A stretch of DNA of 64,000 nt from a virus. A program made the translations under genes and the position numbers. Positions 1 through 8,479 of this stretch are shown here, piece after piece (position 1 is the first letter of the stretch; each line of letters starts with the position of its first letter). The notes beneath the pieces were generated by a model. It made no database searches and had not been told where the DNA came from. It saw nothing but the letters and a program-made list of their open reading frames with translations. The stretch covers positions 8,082 to 72,081 of the IMG/VR virus record IMGVR_UViG_3300023179_000093; one strand, 5' to 3'.

Positions 1-1602
1 AACACTCCTTCCAAGCCAGTCAAAGTTATTACGACCAGTATCGCCACAATTGGTAGGGTTATGAGTGCGATTGATATGCTTTTTTACAACTTTGGAAAAG
101 AAGCTTTTCTATACAATGCCGCTTATAATCAAGCTAAGGAAGACGGACTTTCTGGAAAAGAGGCGACTAAAAAAGCTTTAGAAATTACTTTTAGAAACTC
201 TGAAGCTTTGGCTGGGTTCCAAGCCGTTGCCGAAACTGAGGGATACGCAATTGACAAAATGGCGTCTCTCCCAACTCAAATAAAACAAGGTATTGAACAA
301 GCCATTCGTGTTCAGGAACTTGCAAACACAAACCTTGAAGGAAGCGAGGAATCAAAATCTCTTGCCAAATACGGAGAGATTGCTGGTAACGAAGTAACTT
401 TTAATGAAGATCCAAAAGGCTTTTTGGGCGCCGTTCATCGTCACCTTGCAGCGTTGACTAATCGATACAACCTTATCTCGCTTGTCATTCCCTTTACTAG
501 AATTGTGGCTAATGTCTGGAACCAAGGAATTGACTTTACAGGTCTTGGATTGGTCAAAGCTAAAATGATGAAGGATTTGCCTGGAACAGCCGAAGAAGTA
601 GAAGCTCAGAAAAAACTTATGAAAGCCAGAGGGTTAGCTGGTTTGGCGGCTATTGCGGGTACTTGGTTGCTGGATTCGTTAACTTGCGGGAATTACGACA
701 CCTTTGGTTTTGAGCTTTGCGTTGGTGGTCCGGGGCCAAAAGAAGTATCCCAAAGAGAATTGTTAAAAAATAGGCTTAAATGGAAACCAAACGCTATTTT
801 CTTAAGAAGCAAATTCTTAAATCCGGATGGGATTTATCTCAGCTATCTCCCAACGCCCTTAGCGTTTGGTCTTGGAACAATTGGTTTGTTTAAAGACAAC
901 CAAACCTATCGATATTTCACTTCTAAAGCAGGGGGAGACCAGGCTATGGCGGCTATTTTAAGAACAATAAGCATTCCATTTGAAATGAATTTCCTTTCTG
1001 GTTTAGGCGATGTGTTTGACATTCTTTCCCCATCTAACCCAGAGTCAGCCTTAGCCAAAGCTAAATCCTTTGTCTCAAGGCTTGGCTCTTCTTTAATTGC
1101 TCCAAACATTCTTAGGGATCTTGACCAACTTACTGGCCTTGGTGGCCCAAGAACAGCTAGAGAAGGGTTATTGCAAGGAGCCTTTATTGCAAACACGCTT
1201 TTTGCAAGGCAACTCTTTGGGGAAACAGAAACAGATTTATTGGGCAAACCAGTTTACATGACCTCTCGAATAATGAGCGGGGCAACTAAAGACCCTCTTG
1301 TTCAAGCATTGATCGAGAAAAATGCACTTCCGTCATCCGCTCAAAAAGACAAGCTTTTTGGGGTGGTTCCTTTGGACGACGAGCAATACGCCGCCTATAG
1401 GAGCGAAAGAAACAAGATTCTTGGGAAACTTTTAGATAACCAAAGCACCATTCAGGCCATCAAGAACATGGATCCTTACACCGCCCAGGTGTTTGTCTCG
1501 AAGATGACAAGTGCGGCAAGCCAGCAAGCCAAGGCTAACCTCATCAACAAGGATCCCTCAATTGTCGAAGGTGTTGGTGAGCTTAAAACACGAGCGAAAT
1601 AA
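1..1602 (+). CDS. C-terminal part of a giant internal virion/ejection (large polyvalent-type) protein; 5'-truncated
   Basis: Frame is open from base 1. Helical Ala/Gly-rich sequence with 'IPFTRIVANV', 'YLSY..PLA', 'FLSGLGD' and 'DLLG.P' segments typical of the C-termini of giant podophage virion proteins. Confidence 0.7.
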   Translation, partial: NTPSKPVKVITTSIATIGRVMSAIDMLFYNFGKEAFLYNAAYNQAKEDGLSGKEATKKALEITFRNSEALAGFQAVAETEGYAIDKMASLPTQIKQGIEQAIRVQELANTNLEGSEESKSLAKYGEIAGNEVTFNEDPKGFLGAVHRHLAALTNRYNLISLVIPFTRIVANVWNQGIDFTGLGLVKAKMMKDLPGTAEEVEAQKKLMKARGLAGLAAIAGTWLLDSLTCGNYDTFGFELCVGGPGPKEVSQRELLKNRLKWKPNAIFLRSKFLNPDGIYLSYLPTPLAFGLGTIGLFKDNQTYRYFTSKAGGDQAMAAILRTISIPFEMNFLSGLGDVFDILSPSNPESALAKAKSFVSRLGSSLIAPNILRDLDQLTGLGGPRTAREGLLQGAFIANTLFARQLFGETETDLLGKPVYMTSRIMSGATKDPLVQALIEKNALPSSAQKDKLFGVVPLDDEQYAAYRSERNKILGKLLDNQSTIQAIKNMDPYTAQVFVSKMTSAASQQAKANLINKDPSIVEGVGELKTRAK

Positions 1603-1777
1603 GTTTGGCAAGGCCTAAGGACAGAAGGCTCCAGACCCAGACCGCAAAACAATAAAGGTAAGCCACAAAAAAGAAGGTGGCAGGAACTGCCACAATCCCA
1701 ATCAAGACCTGCCATATCCAATCCAGTTTTGGGTAAACGATAGGCTTACCCCAGTTATCTTGACTTTTATTAGTCAT
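1583..1777 (-). CDS. Small membrane protein
   Basis: 64 aa with a long hydrophobic stretch; GGAGG SD upstream (aacctcc near 1783-1789). Confidence 0.6.
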   Translation of the reverse strand: MTNKSQDNWGKPIVYPKLDWIWQVLIGIVAVPATFFFVAYLYCFAVWVWSLLSLGLAKLISLVF

Positions 1778-1823
1778 AAATTAACCTCCTTATAATAAGG
1801 TTGACGAAAGAAAGCAAATCAAA

Positions 1824-2192
1824 ATGAAAGGCGAAATCATCCTTACTCTGTTGGTTCAGTTTCAGAATCAACTTAAAATCTTCCATTGGCAAACCAAGAG
1901 CTTTAGCCAGCACGAGGCTTTTGGGGAAACCTACGAAAAACTGGATGGTCTTATCGACACCTTTCTTGAAACCTACTTTGGTAAGTATGGGAGAATCGTT
2001 TCAGAAAATGGGTTTAGCTTTGAACTGGATAACCTAGATCAAAAACCCGAAGAGTATGTCAACGACTTCATTGACTTTCTTTTTGAGCAACTCCCCAAGT
2101 ATCTTGATGCCTCCGACACCGATCTCATCAACATCCGTGACGAAATTCTTGGAGTCGCAAACAAACTTAAATACCTCCTTACCTTAAGTTAA
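1824..2192 (+). CDS. Ferritin/Dps-like four-helix protein (DUF5856-like)
   Basis: 'FHWQTKSFSQHEAFGETYEKLDGLIDTFLE' Dps-like ferroxidase pattern and C-terminal 'DL.NIRDE...KLKYLL'. Confidence 0.75.
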   Translation: MKGEIILTLLVQFQNQLKIFHWQTKSFSQHEAFGETYEKLDGLIDTFLETYFGKYGRIVSENGFSFELDNLDQKPEEYVNDFIDFLFEQLPKYLDASDTDLINIRDEILGVANKLKYLLTLS

Positions 2193-2196
2193 AGTT

Positions 2197-2667
2197 ATGG
2201 GATTGGGTTCTGAAAATCCTGGGTTTCTCAAGCTGGAAAACTTATTTGCAAAGGGAGCCCTAAAAGGAAAGGCTGGTAGGGTTGTCGAGGCGGCAGTCAG
2301 CAATGGGCTAGACCCCAACCTATTTGCGGCTGTCATTGCCCATGAAACTGGGAATGGAACATCAAACGCTATCATCAATTACAATAACCCAGCTGGGATT
2401 ATGGATCCCAAGACTAACTGGAACTCCCTTAAAAAGTTTAAATCAATTGATGAAGGCCTAGAATATTCGGCTAAAAACCTACGCCGACGGATTGACCAAG
2501 TAGGTGGAGACATTTCAAAGCTAGCAAGTATTTATGCCCCAATTGGGGCTGGTAATGACCCAAAAAACCTAAACGCCAACTGGGCTGGGAATGTCAGCAA
2601 AATTTACAATTCACTTGCAGCCACCGAAACGCCCGAGGCGACACTTTCCCAAGATAGTACGCGCTAA
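2197..2667 (+). CDS. Glucosaminidase/lysozyme-like peptidoglycan hydrolase
   Basis: 'GLDP.L.AAV..HETG.G.S.....NNPAG' and 'YAP' motifs of GH73-like proteins. Confidence 0.75.
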   Translation: MGLGSENPGFLKLENLFAKGALKGKAGRVVEAAVSNGLDPNLFAAVIAHETGNGTSNAIINYNNPAGIMDPKTNWNSLKKFKSIDEGLEYSAKNLRRRIDQVGGDISKLASIYAPIGAGNDPKNLNANWAGNVSKIYNSLAATETPEATLSQDSTR

Positions 2668-2715
2668 TTAAAACAAAGAAACGAAACACAATTACTGGCA
2701 ACAGAACCAGTAACC

Positions 2716-2943
2716 TTACCCATACCATTCCAGTTCAAGCTCCATGTCATTGTCTTCCCCTTGGGATGCAAGGATCTGAAACCCCTTATGTTTGAGAACT
2801 TCATCGGACAATTCGCACAAAGCTTTACGACTAATATTTAATTTTCCGCCATTGTCTAAAATAGACGCCGCCAAAAAAATCCGTAGCAATTTAACGCCAG
2901 ACGGGCTTTCTCCGTAAAGGGTATAGATCTCGTTCTTGCCCAC
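2716..2943 (-). CDS. Hypothetical protein
   Basis: 75-aa ORF with GTG start 6 nt after a promoter-like -10. Confidence 0.5.
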   Translation of the reverse strand: MGKNEIYTLYGESPSGVKLLRIFLAASILDNGGKLNISRKALCELSDEVLKHKGFQILASQGEDNDMELELEWYG

Positions 2944-2988
2944 AAAAGCATCTTGAATCTTGCAAAGCCTGTGTCAAGATAGGCTGAA

Positions 2989-3333
2989 ATGAAACTTAAA
3001 AATCCCTTTTTGAGGCCTCCGACAGGATGGGTGTTTACCGACTATGACTTAAAAGAAACTATCTCTGGCGTAAATCTTCGAGAGCTTATTGAAAATATCA
3101 ATAAGGCTAGGCTAGACAAAAACCTAGCTAAACTAGAAAACGCAGAGCAAGTAATCCAAGACCAACTTTGCGACATTCTTGGCTCTTCCTATTGCGACGA
3201 AAAAGGTCTTGGGGATTATGTCCACGACATTGCTCAGCCGATCGCCAAGATAATTGATTCCGTGGCCAATACAAATGTGCAAGGTTGCGGTGGATGTGCC
3301 CAACGCAGAGCCAAGTTAAACCTTAAAAAATAA
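2989..3333 (+). CDS. Hypothetical Cys-containing phage protein
   Basis: 114 aa; 'C..LG...C' and 'CGGCAQRRAKLN' motifs. Confidence 0.6.
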   Translation: MKLKNPFLRPPTGWVFTDYDLKETISGVNLRELIENINKARLDKNLAKLENAEQVIQDQLCDILGSSYCDEKGLGDYVHDIAQPIAKIIDSVANTNVQGCGGCAQRRAKLNLKK

Positions 3334-3334
3334 A

Positions 3335-3655
3335 CTAAGGTTCAATCCTAGGAAGCTGTAAATCCAAGGGCACAAACACTGACTCGGTGAATCGGATTTG
3401 TAAGCCAATCCCATAATCGTTGGAGACACCTTGGAGGAAGTCGGGTGACCCGACTGGTCCGTAGTCATTGGTGAATGAGTAGAGGAACTCTGGTGCCCCC
3501 CAAGGGCCAAAGTCGTTGGCGGTGGACATTAACAAGTCTGGGTTGGCCGATAGAAGGGGAGCCGAAGCTCTCGTAAGGATTAACTCATTTCGGGTCAAGA
3601 CCTGGGCTGAACACGGAAGTCCCAACAACAATAAAGCTAGAACTACGCGCCCCAT
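3335..3655 (-). CDS. Exported protein with NDxGPxGxP repeats
   Basis: Start at ATG 3655 gives a signal peptide (MGRVVLALLLLGLPCSA) followed by three ND(F/Y)G repeats. Confidence 0.55.
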   Translation of the reverse strand: MGRVVLALLLLGLPCSAQVLTRNELILTRASAPLLSANPDLLMSTANDFGPWGAPEFLYSFTNDYGPVGSPDFLQGVSNDYGIGLQIRFTESVFVPLDLQLPRIEP

Positions 3656-3867
3656 AAATCCTCTGGGGATAGGGGTTCGGTGGATTGCTTTACTGGGTAG
3701 TCTTGGTCTACCTGGTCGGACAGCCATTCCATGCAGACTCCGTCTTTCTCCACAGCACAAGTTTCATGGCCTTTGTCGCAGGTATGTATGGCTGGCTCAT
3801 CGGCCGCCCAAGACCAATACCCATACCGAAGGAGCTTGTCGGTTAGATCTGGTTTAGACTGATTCAT
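3643..3867 (-). CDS. Hypothetical protein
   Basis: Fits the tightly packed leftward operon. Confidence 0.5.
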   Translation of the reverse strand: MNQSKPDLTDKLLRYGYWSWAADEPAIHTCDKGHETCAVEKDGVCMEWLSDQVDQDYPVKQSTEPLSPEDLWGA

Positions 3868-4237
3868 TAAACATCTCCGGGTTGTATTCCATAAATAGCT
3901 TTAGCCACAAATCCGAATAGGCTTGGGTTTTTCTTTGCTGGTGAGGGCTTTCAGAAATCTCGTCTTTGAAATTTGGATAGGTGACTGTTTCGGAAAGCGT
4001 TGCAAGCGTTGTTGCAAGATCCTCTTTGGTTTCAAGATAGATGCGATGCGGATAATCTGATTTGTCATATGAATGAATTTCAATCTCCTCTTTTATTTTT
4101 GGTTGAATCAAATCGACTAGACGAATTAAGTCGTCTTTGTCTCTGGCTCTGACCACGAACAGCTTGTGGCCGTCGAGGTCGATATGGTGTTCTTTCTCAA
4201 CGATCGAGAAGAAACCAATGTTGGTGGCTATCCACAT
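3854..4237 (-). CDS. Conserved phage hypothetical protein (MWI.T..GF.S.V type)
   Basis: Start placed at ATG 4237 after GGAGG; motifs 'VRARD..DL', 'DYP.R', 'Y.NFK'. Confidence 0.65.
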   Translation of the reverse strand: MWIATNIGFFSIVEKEHHIDLDGHKLFVVRARDKDDLIRLVDLIQPKIKEEIEIHSYDKSDYPHRIYLETKEDLATTLATLSETVTYPNFKDEISESPHQQRKTQAYSDLWLKLFMEYNPEMFNESV

Positions 4238-5799
4238 AGTTTTGTTGCCTCCTTTATTCTTCTTCCGATCCATTCCATGCAGGGAACGGCCATCGAGTTT
4301 CCTAAAGCTTTGTAGCGGTGTCCGTCCGGGCATTCCTCCTTGGGCTTGCCCTTCCAAGAGATCAAGGTATGCCCATCGGGGAAACCTTGCAAACGCTCGC
4401 ATTCCGTGACTGTTAAGCGGCGAACCGCAAACTTTACCCTCGAATCAATCACCCCTCCAGTGTGGCAAATGTCCGAGGCTGTTGACCGAATAGGCACGGC
4501 TTTCTCCTGCAAGCATTGATTATAGGTGTCAACCGCCATCACTTTAGGGCCACTGGTATTGGTTCCTCCGCAAGCCTCGGTAAGGGTAGCGGCTACTTGT
4601 CCTCCTATTGTTTGATTGTAAACATCAACGGCTACTGCCACTTGGTTGTCTCCCATATCGCTTCGGAGAGTAGGGGATACTTCTTCGACAAACCGACTAT
4701 CTTTACCTTCTCTCTTGGCAATTCCAGGCTCAAAGGCAATTGTGCCAGCAGTCTCTTGAACCAGTGGGATATTCCCACCTCCAGTTCCGTAACGAGATAC
4801 ACAGCTGGGAGCCACTTCCAATGGTCCAGTAACTCGGCTATCGTTTGGGTGATTCTCATAAAGCACTGCGTGTTTGTCTCCTTTGGTAAGGGTGGGGCAA
4901 GGATCTCCGTCTTTTCCAACTCCTAGGCCGTTGCCTTTGCCGTCTTGTTTTTCGCCCCGCTTACCAGCGTGACGAGTAGCTTGATCGTGAATTGGGATTG
5001 CCGATTTGACCAGCAATCGACCCGTGGTGAGGTCTTGGTTCCCAATCCCCTTGTAATCCCTCGCTAGAAGGGTGTCGCAGGGAGACTCTGGGTTTGTCCA
5101 ATAATTCTCGGCTACGGAGTCTGAACTTTGACCGCTGTCTCGAGAGCTTCCTGAAGCATGGGTGGAAGTTTCTTTCCCCGCACTTCGGCTCGGCGCAGAA
5201 TCCCTTCGCAAGCTCGCCCACTCAAATAAAACTTTTGTGGGATCTCCGTAGTCTCGAGGACATGCGACAAGGAAACAACGCTTGCGTCGTTGGGCCACAC
5301 CGAAATATTGGGCATCCAAGCATCGCCAAGCGATTGACCTTTTGGGGCCAAACACACAACCAGCGTCTTTCCACTTGCCCCCTGGTGGTTGTAGCTCGCC
5401 GTCTTCACCGGCAAGTGCTCCCAGAAAGCACCCAAATCCGTTGTCTTTAGAGGTGAACACTCCTGGGACGTTTTCCCAGACAATCCAGTTTGGGTTGAAG
5501 TGGTCGGCGATTCGGACAAAGGTGAGGGTGAGACCGCCTCGGGGGTCGTCGAGTCCTTTCCGCAATCCCGCCACGCTGAACGCCTGACAAGGCGTTCCTC
5601 CGACCAAAAGGTCGATTGTTCCAAGTTTCCAGTCTTCATATTTGCTCATATCTCCTAGGTTAGGAACCTCTGGCCAGTGGTGCTTGAGCACCGCTGACGG
5701 GAAAGGTTCGATTTCTGAAAAGGCAACTGGCTTCCAACCAAGCTTCTCCCAAGCTACGGAAGCCGCCTCGATGCCCGAACAAACGGAGAGGTATCTCAC
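4228..5799 (-). CDS. DNA (cytosine-5) methyltransferase, alpha subunit
   Basis: Motif I 'CSGIEA', motif IV 'GGTPCQ', motif VI 'WENV', motif VIII 'QRR.R', C-terminal 'RRLT..ECERLQGFPD' and 'YKALGNS'; long variable region. Confidence 0.93.
   Translation of the reverse strand: MRYLSVCSGIEAASVAWEKLGWKPVAFSEIEPFPSAVLKHHWPEVPNLGDMSKYEDWKLGTIDLLVGGTPCQAFSVAGLRKGLDDPRGGLTLTFVRIADHFNPNWIVWENVPGVFTSKDNGFGCFLGALAGEDGELQPPGGKWKDAGCVFGPKRSIAWRCLDAQYFGVAQRRKRCFLVACPRDYGDPTKVLFEWASLRRDSAPSRSAGKETSTHASGSSRDSGQSSDSVAENYWTNPESPCDTLLARDYKGIGNQDLTTGRLLVKSAIPIHDQATRHAGKRGEKQDGKGNGLGVGKDGDPCPTLTKGDKHAVLYENHPNDSRVTGPLEVAPSCVSRYGTGGGNIPLVQETAGTIAFEPGIAKREGKDSRFVEEVSPTLRSDMGDNQVAVAVDVYNQTIGGQVAATLTEACGGTNTSGPKVMAVDTYNQCLQEKAVPIRSTASDICHTGGVIDSRVKFAVRRLTVTECERLQGFPDGHTLISWKGKPKEECPDGHRYKALGNSMAVPCMEWIGRRIKEATKLCG
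5112..5639 (-). CDS. Nested alternative-frame methyltransferase subunit (M.EcoHK31I beta-like)
   Basis: 175-aa same-strand ORF wholly inside the MTase gene, ending 'LSHVLE...PQKFYLS.RACEGILRRA..RGK.LP..L..AL'. Confidence 0.72.
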   Translation of the reverse strand: MKTGNLEQSTFWSEERLVRRSAWRDCGKDSTTPEAVSPSPLSESPTTSTQTGLSGKTSQECSPLKTTDLGAFWEHLPVKTASYNHQGASGKTLVVCLAPKGQSLGDAWMPNISVWPNDASVVSLSHVLETTEIPQKFYLSGRACEGILRRAEVRGKKLPPMLQEALETAVKVQTP

Positions 5800-6533
5800 A
5801 AGAGAACCTCTTCTTTCTTTTTCCGAGAGTAACCAGTGAAGCCACCAGACTTACGCAACAACGACCTTGCTCTGGACGCTTCTGACCCAGCGGGTTGTGT
5901 GCCGTGGATTAATAGGGCAAACGATCGGTCGTTTGGTCCATAAGCAAGGAAGTCATTGTGGTCAATTCCAAGGCCGCGGATGTTTGCCTCCGATTCGCTG
6001 AAAGCCACATACGAAGTCTTGAGGTTGTGACTTTCCGCCAACTCATCATGTGTTCCGCCAAGGCTTGCGGTTAGCCGAATGTTTGACGGCAATTTGTCAA
6101 GACGAGCCAACCAAAAAGGAATTGCTTTGGTGTATGCGTAAAAAAGAACCGAGGGTTTTCGGCGAGCTACTTCCAGCCAAGCGTCAAAATACGATTGGTT
6201 AAAGAAGTCGCCCGACTCGTGGATCCGAACTATCTTGGCGACTTTGGGTAAAGAAGCCTCGATCAAATCGGCCATCTCTTGGGTCGTCGATTTCCACAAT
6301 AACCCAAAGTTGTGCCAACGGGTCTTTCTGGCATTGGGTGACCTAGCCTCATCGCTGGCGGCAAAACAGCGGAAACGGCAATGCTTGCCGTCCACAATCT
6401 TGCCAGTCAGCGGATTGGCTTTGGACAGACACTCCTTGGCAAAAGGGCAAGTGTGCCCAGCGGGAAGGTTAAAGATATGAATACCCTTACCCAGCTTGGC
6501 GTTGCCTCTTTTGAACTTAAGAAGGTTTTTCAC
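5796..6533 (-). CDS. Gp88-like phage protein
   Basis: 'GNAKL', 'NLPAG.TCP.A..C', 'CFA', 'VRIHESGDF' and 'FYAYTK' motifs. Confidence 0.8.
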   Translation of the reverse strand: MKNLLKFKRGNAKLGKGIHIFNLPAGHTCPFAKECLSKANPLTGKIVDGKHCRFRCFAASDEARSPNARKTRWHNFGLLWKSTTQEMADLIEASLPKVAKIVRIHESGDFFNQSYFDAWLEVARRKPSVLFYAYTKAIPFWLARLDKLPSNIRLTASLGGTHDELAESHNLKTSYVAFSESEANIRGLGIDHNDFLAYGPNDRSFALLIHGTQPAGSEASRARSLLRKSGGFTGYSRKKKEEVLL

Positions 6534-6706
6534 TTAATGGTTTTTCCCTTTGAAGGAAGTTGGTGAATGTAATCCAGCATCCAGACAGAGATCTTTCGGT
6601 CGATCATCTCTAGGAAGCTGGGGGCAACTCGGGTGAACTTGTGGGATCGTTTACCCGCAAGCTCAAGAGCTAGCTCCTTACATTTCTTTTTGTTGATTAA
6701 CTTCAC
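6530..6706 (-). CDS. Small basic protein
   Basis: GTG start at 6706 overlaps the upstream stop; ends 'HQLPSKGKTIK'. Confidence 0.55.
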   Translation of the reverse strand: MKLINKKKCKELALELAGKRSHKFTRVAPSFLEMIDRKISVWMLDYIHQLPSKGKTIK

Positions 6707-7029
6707 AGCGAAGGGAGGGGTTGAACACGGAAGGTTGAGAAGGTTTGTTCCGTGTAGCATCCTTCAACGAGGGTTGCGGGTTCTTTGACCCCAAGCTCGG
6801 CTAACACCTCGATGAGCTTATGCACATCAAGGTCACGCCGCCTTCCGTCGGAGGCTTTGACGACCCAATGATTTCCTTCGAAGACAGAGTTTCCCGTCTC
6901 CTGGTAGGATAACTTTAAGATTGGGAGCACCGACTCCCGCACTTTCTCTGCATTGTTTCTCTTGCTGGTGGCCTCCCCAAACAGATCGATCTGATCTGTT
7001 GTTGGCCGTAGGGCGATAGTTGCTTTCAT
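6703..7029 (-). CDS. Hypothetical protein
   Basis: ATG 7029 preceded by AAGGA SD. Confidence 0.55.
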   Translation of the reverse strand: MKATIALRPTTDQIDLFGEATSKRNNAEKVRESVLPILKLSYQETGNSVFEGNHWVVKASDGRRRDLDVHKLIEVLAELGVKEPATLVEGCYTEQTFSTFRVQPLPSL

Positions 7030-7444
7030 TGTATCCTTTCGGTTTGAGTTTTGTTCTATTGGTTGGTTTGAAGTTATGTTTTTTGGCGTATTTGATGCTT
7101 CCTCGGTCAATCCCCCAGCGCCTTGCAATTACGGCTATTGGGACGCCGTCTTCAATGAGCTTCTTCCATTCTGCCCATCGTCCATGCACACTGGTTGGGT
7201 CTCGGTAATACTTTTGCTTTCCGTCCTTGTTGACATACGCCGTGATATGAGTTCGAACTTTGAAAGCTTTGTTAAGTTCTTCGGCCAAATCCTTGGTGGC
7301 TTTGGCGTAGCTCTGCAAATCTCGTTCCGTCTTAAAGACAATCTGTTCAAGGTTATGGATGGAAGTTCGAAGGTTTCTAATTTGGTCGGTTAGAAGGGGA
7401 ACAGCAGACTGCTCCACTAAAGCCTTGGTTTCGGGGGACATCAT
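6833..7444 (-). CDS. Coiled-coil plus HTH-like protein
   Basis: 'G.PIAVIARRWGIDRGSIKYA' HTH-like segment; the last ~65 codons overlap the next gene. Confidence 0.55.
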   Translation of the reverse strand: MMSPETKALVEQSAVPLLTDQIRNLRTSIHNLEQIVFKTERDLQSYAKATKDLAEELNKAFKVRTHITAYVNKDGKQKYYRDPTSVHGRWAEWKKLIEDGVPIAVIARRWGIDRGSIKYAKKHNFKPTNRTKLKPKGYNESNYRPTANNRSDRSVWGGHQQEKQCRESAGVGAPNLKVILPGDGKLCLRRKSLGRQSLRRKAA

Positions 7445-7695
7445 GGGTTACTTTCCAAGAACTCAACGCACTGAGTAATGGCTTCAAATTGAGGTATCAT
7501 TGGCGGATTTCCGTTTCTGCCAAAGTATTCGTTGAATACATCTTTCAAAACCGCAAACTCTTTTGTGTCTGATCCTTTCTTTATCTCCCGAATCTTTGAT
7601 GCAATTTCTGGGATATTGGCATTCATATTCCACTCTTCGCACAATTCCAAAGCCCAAGGCCGCCAAGCATTGTAGAATTCTTTGCTGTAAGTCAT
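7441..7695 (-). CDS. Hypothetical protein (starts MTYSKE)
   Basis: ATGA-coupled to the upstream gene. Confidence 0.6.
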   Translation of the reverse strand: MTYSKEFYNAWRPWALELCEEWNMNANIPEIASKIREIKKGSDTKEFAVLKDVFNEYFGRNGNPPMIPQFEAITQCVEFLESNP

Positions 7696-7940
7696 ACAGA
7701 AACCCACGATTGTTGGGCTACCTTGAAAGGAATCCCCATCTCTTTTGCTTTCTGTTTAGCTTGTTTAAGCGTGGAAAAATGATTTCCCATAGGCTGGCCA
7801 ACCCGATTAAGCCAAGACCCAAGCCAAACGATTTTGGAGTTGTGTTTAGATTTTCTGATAAACATTGTGTTCCTAGAATCGGCCAGCCACGGATTTGGGT
7901 TATTCAAGTTTAGTTTTAAGTCTTTGCTGTAAGTCATACA
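7679..7940. repeat. 20-bp direct repeat TCTTTGCTGTAAGTCATACA (7679-7698 and 7921-7940)
   Basis: Exact copies at two successive stop/start junctions. Confidence 0.85.
7692..7937 (-). CDS. Hypothetical basic protein (starts MTYSKD)
   Basis: ATGA-coupled at both ends. Confidence 0.55.
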   Translation of the reverse strand: MTYSKDLKLNLNNPNPWLADSRNTMFIRKSKHNSKIVWLGSWLNRVGQPMGNHFSTLKQAKQKAKEMGIPFKVAQQSWVSV

Positions 7941-8281
7941 TTGTTTGCCCTTTCTTCTGCTTTCTCATAGGTGTCGTGAAAGGCGGCTTCTTCAGCAGCT
8001 TTAATCAAACCTTCGTCAGGGTTGACGATTGGGGTATTGTCTTTATCCAAACTGATATGCAACTCTCCAAACTCAGCTTGGTTAAGCTCTGAGGTAAGCC
8101 AAATGCGGGTGTCGTTTTCCATGTGACCCCAGTATTCGTACCAGCCTATTCCGACATCTTCTTCAACAAGGTTATGGGTTACAAAAGTTGACACCCGGTA
8201 ATCCTGGTCATCGTAAGTAAACTTAACATGTTCTGCTTCACACTCTTCAGAAGTAACTGGGTCTCGTAAATGACGCCTCAT
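7934..8281 (-). CDS. Acidic hypothetical protein
   Basis: 115 aa; 'D.GIG.YE.WG' motif. Confidence 0.6.
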   Translation of the reverse strand: MRRHLRDPVTSEECEAEHVKFTYDDQDYRVSTFVTHNLVEEDVGIGWYEYWGHMENDTRIWLTSELNQAEFGELHISLDKDNTPIVNPDEGLIKAAEEAAFHDTYEKAEERANNV

Positions 8282-8475
8282 AACTGAACCTTGTGATGGT
8301 CCTTTATTGACGCAGACTTGTCAAGAAGAAGTCTTAAAGCAAAGAGCTCAGATTTCAGCCGAGCATTTTCATCACGGATGTTTTGAGTCGCTTCGCTGTA
8401 ATACTCTTGCCTTGCTTCATCGGCGACTTGTGCCGCCATCTGGCTTCTCCATTGGCCGTAGGTGATTCCGTTCAT
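8278..8475 (-). CDS. Small coiled-coil protein
   Basis: Operon packing, SD present. Confidence 0.55.
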   Translation of the reverse strand: MNGITYGQWRSQMAAQVADEARQEYYSEATQNIRDENARLKSELFALRLLLDKSASIKDHHKVQL

Positions 8476-8479
8476 TATT

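Noticed and set aside
6833-7029. ~200-bp overlap of two leftward ORFs as functional dual coding
   Set aside because: The overlapping tail looks like read-through after a lost stop, with no conserved-looking features.
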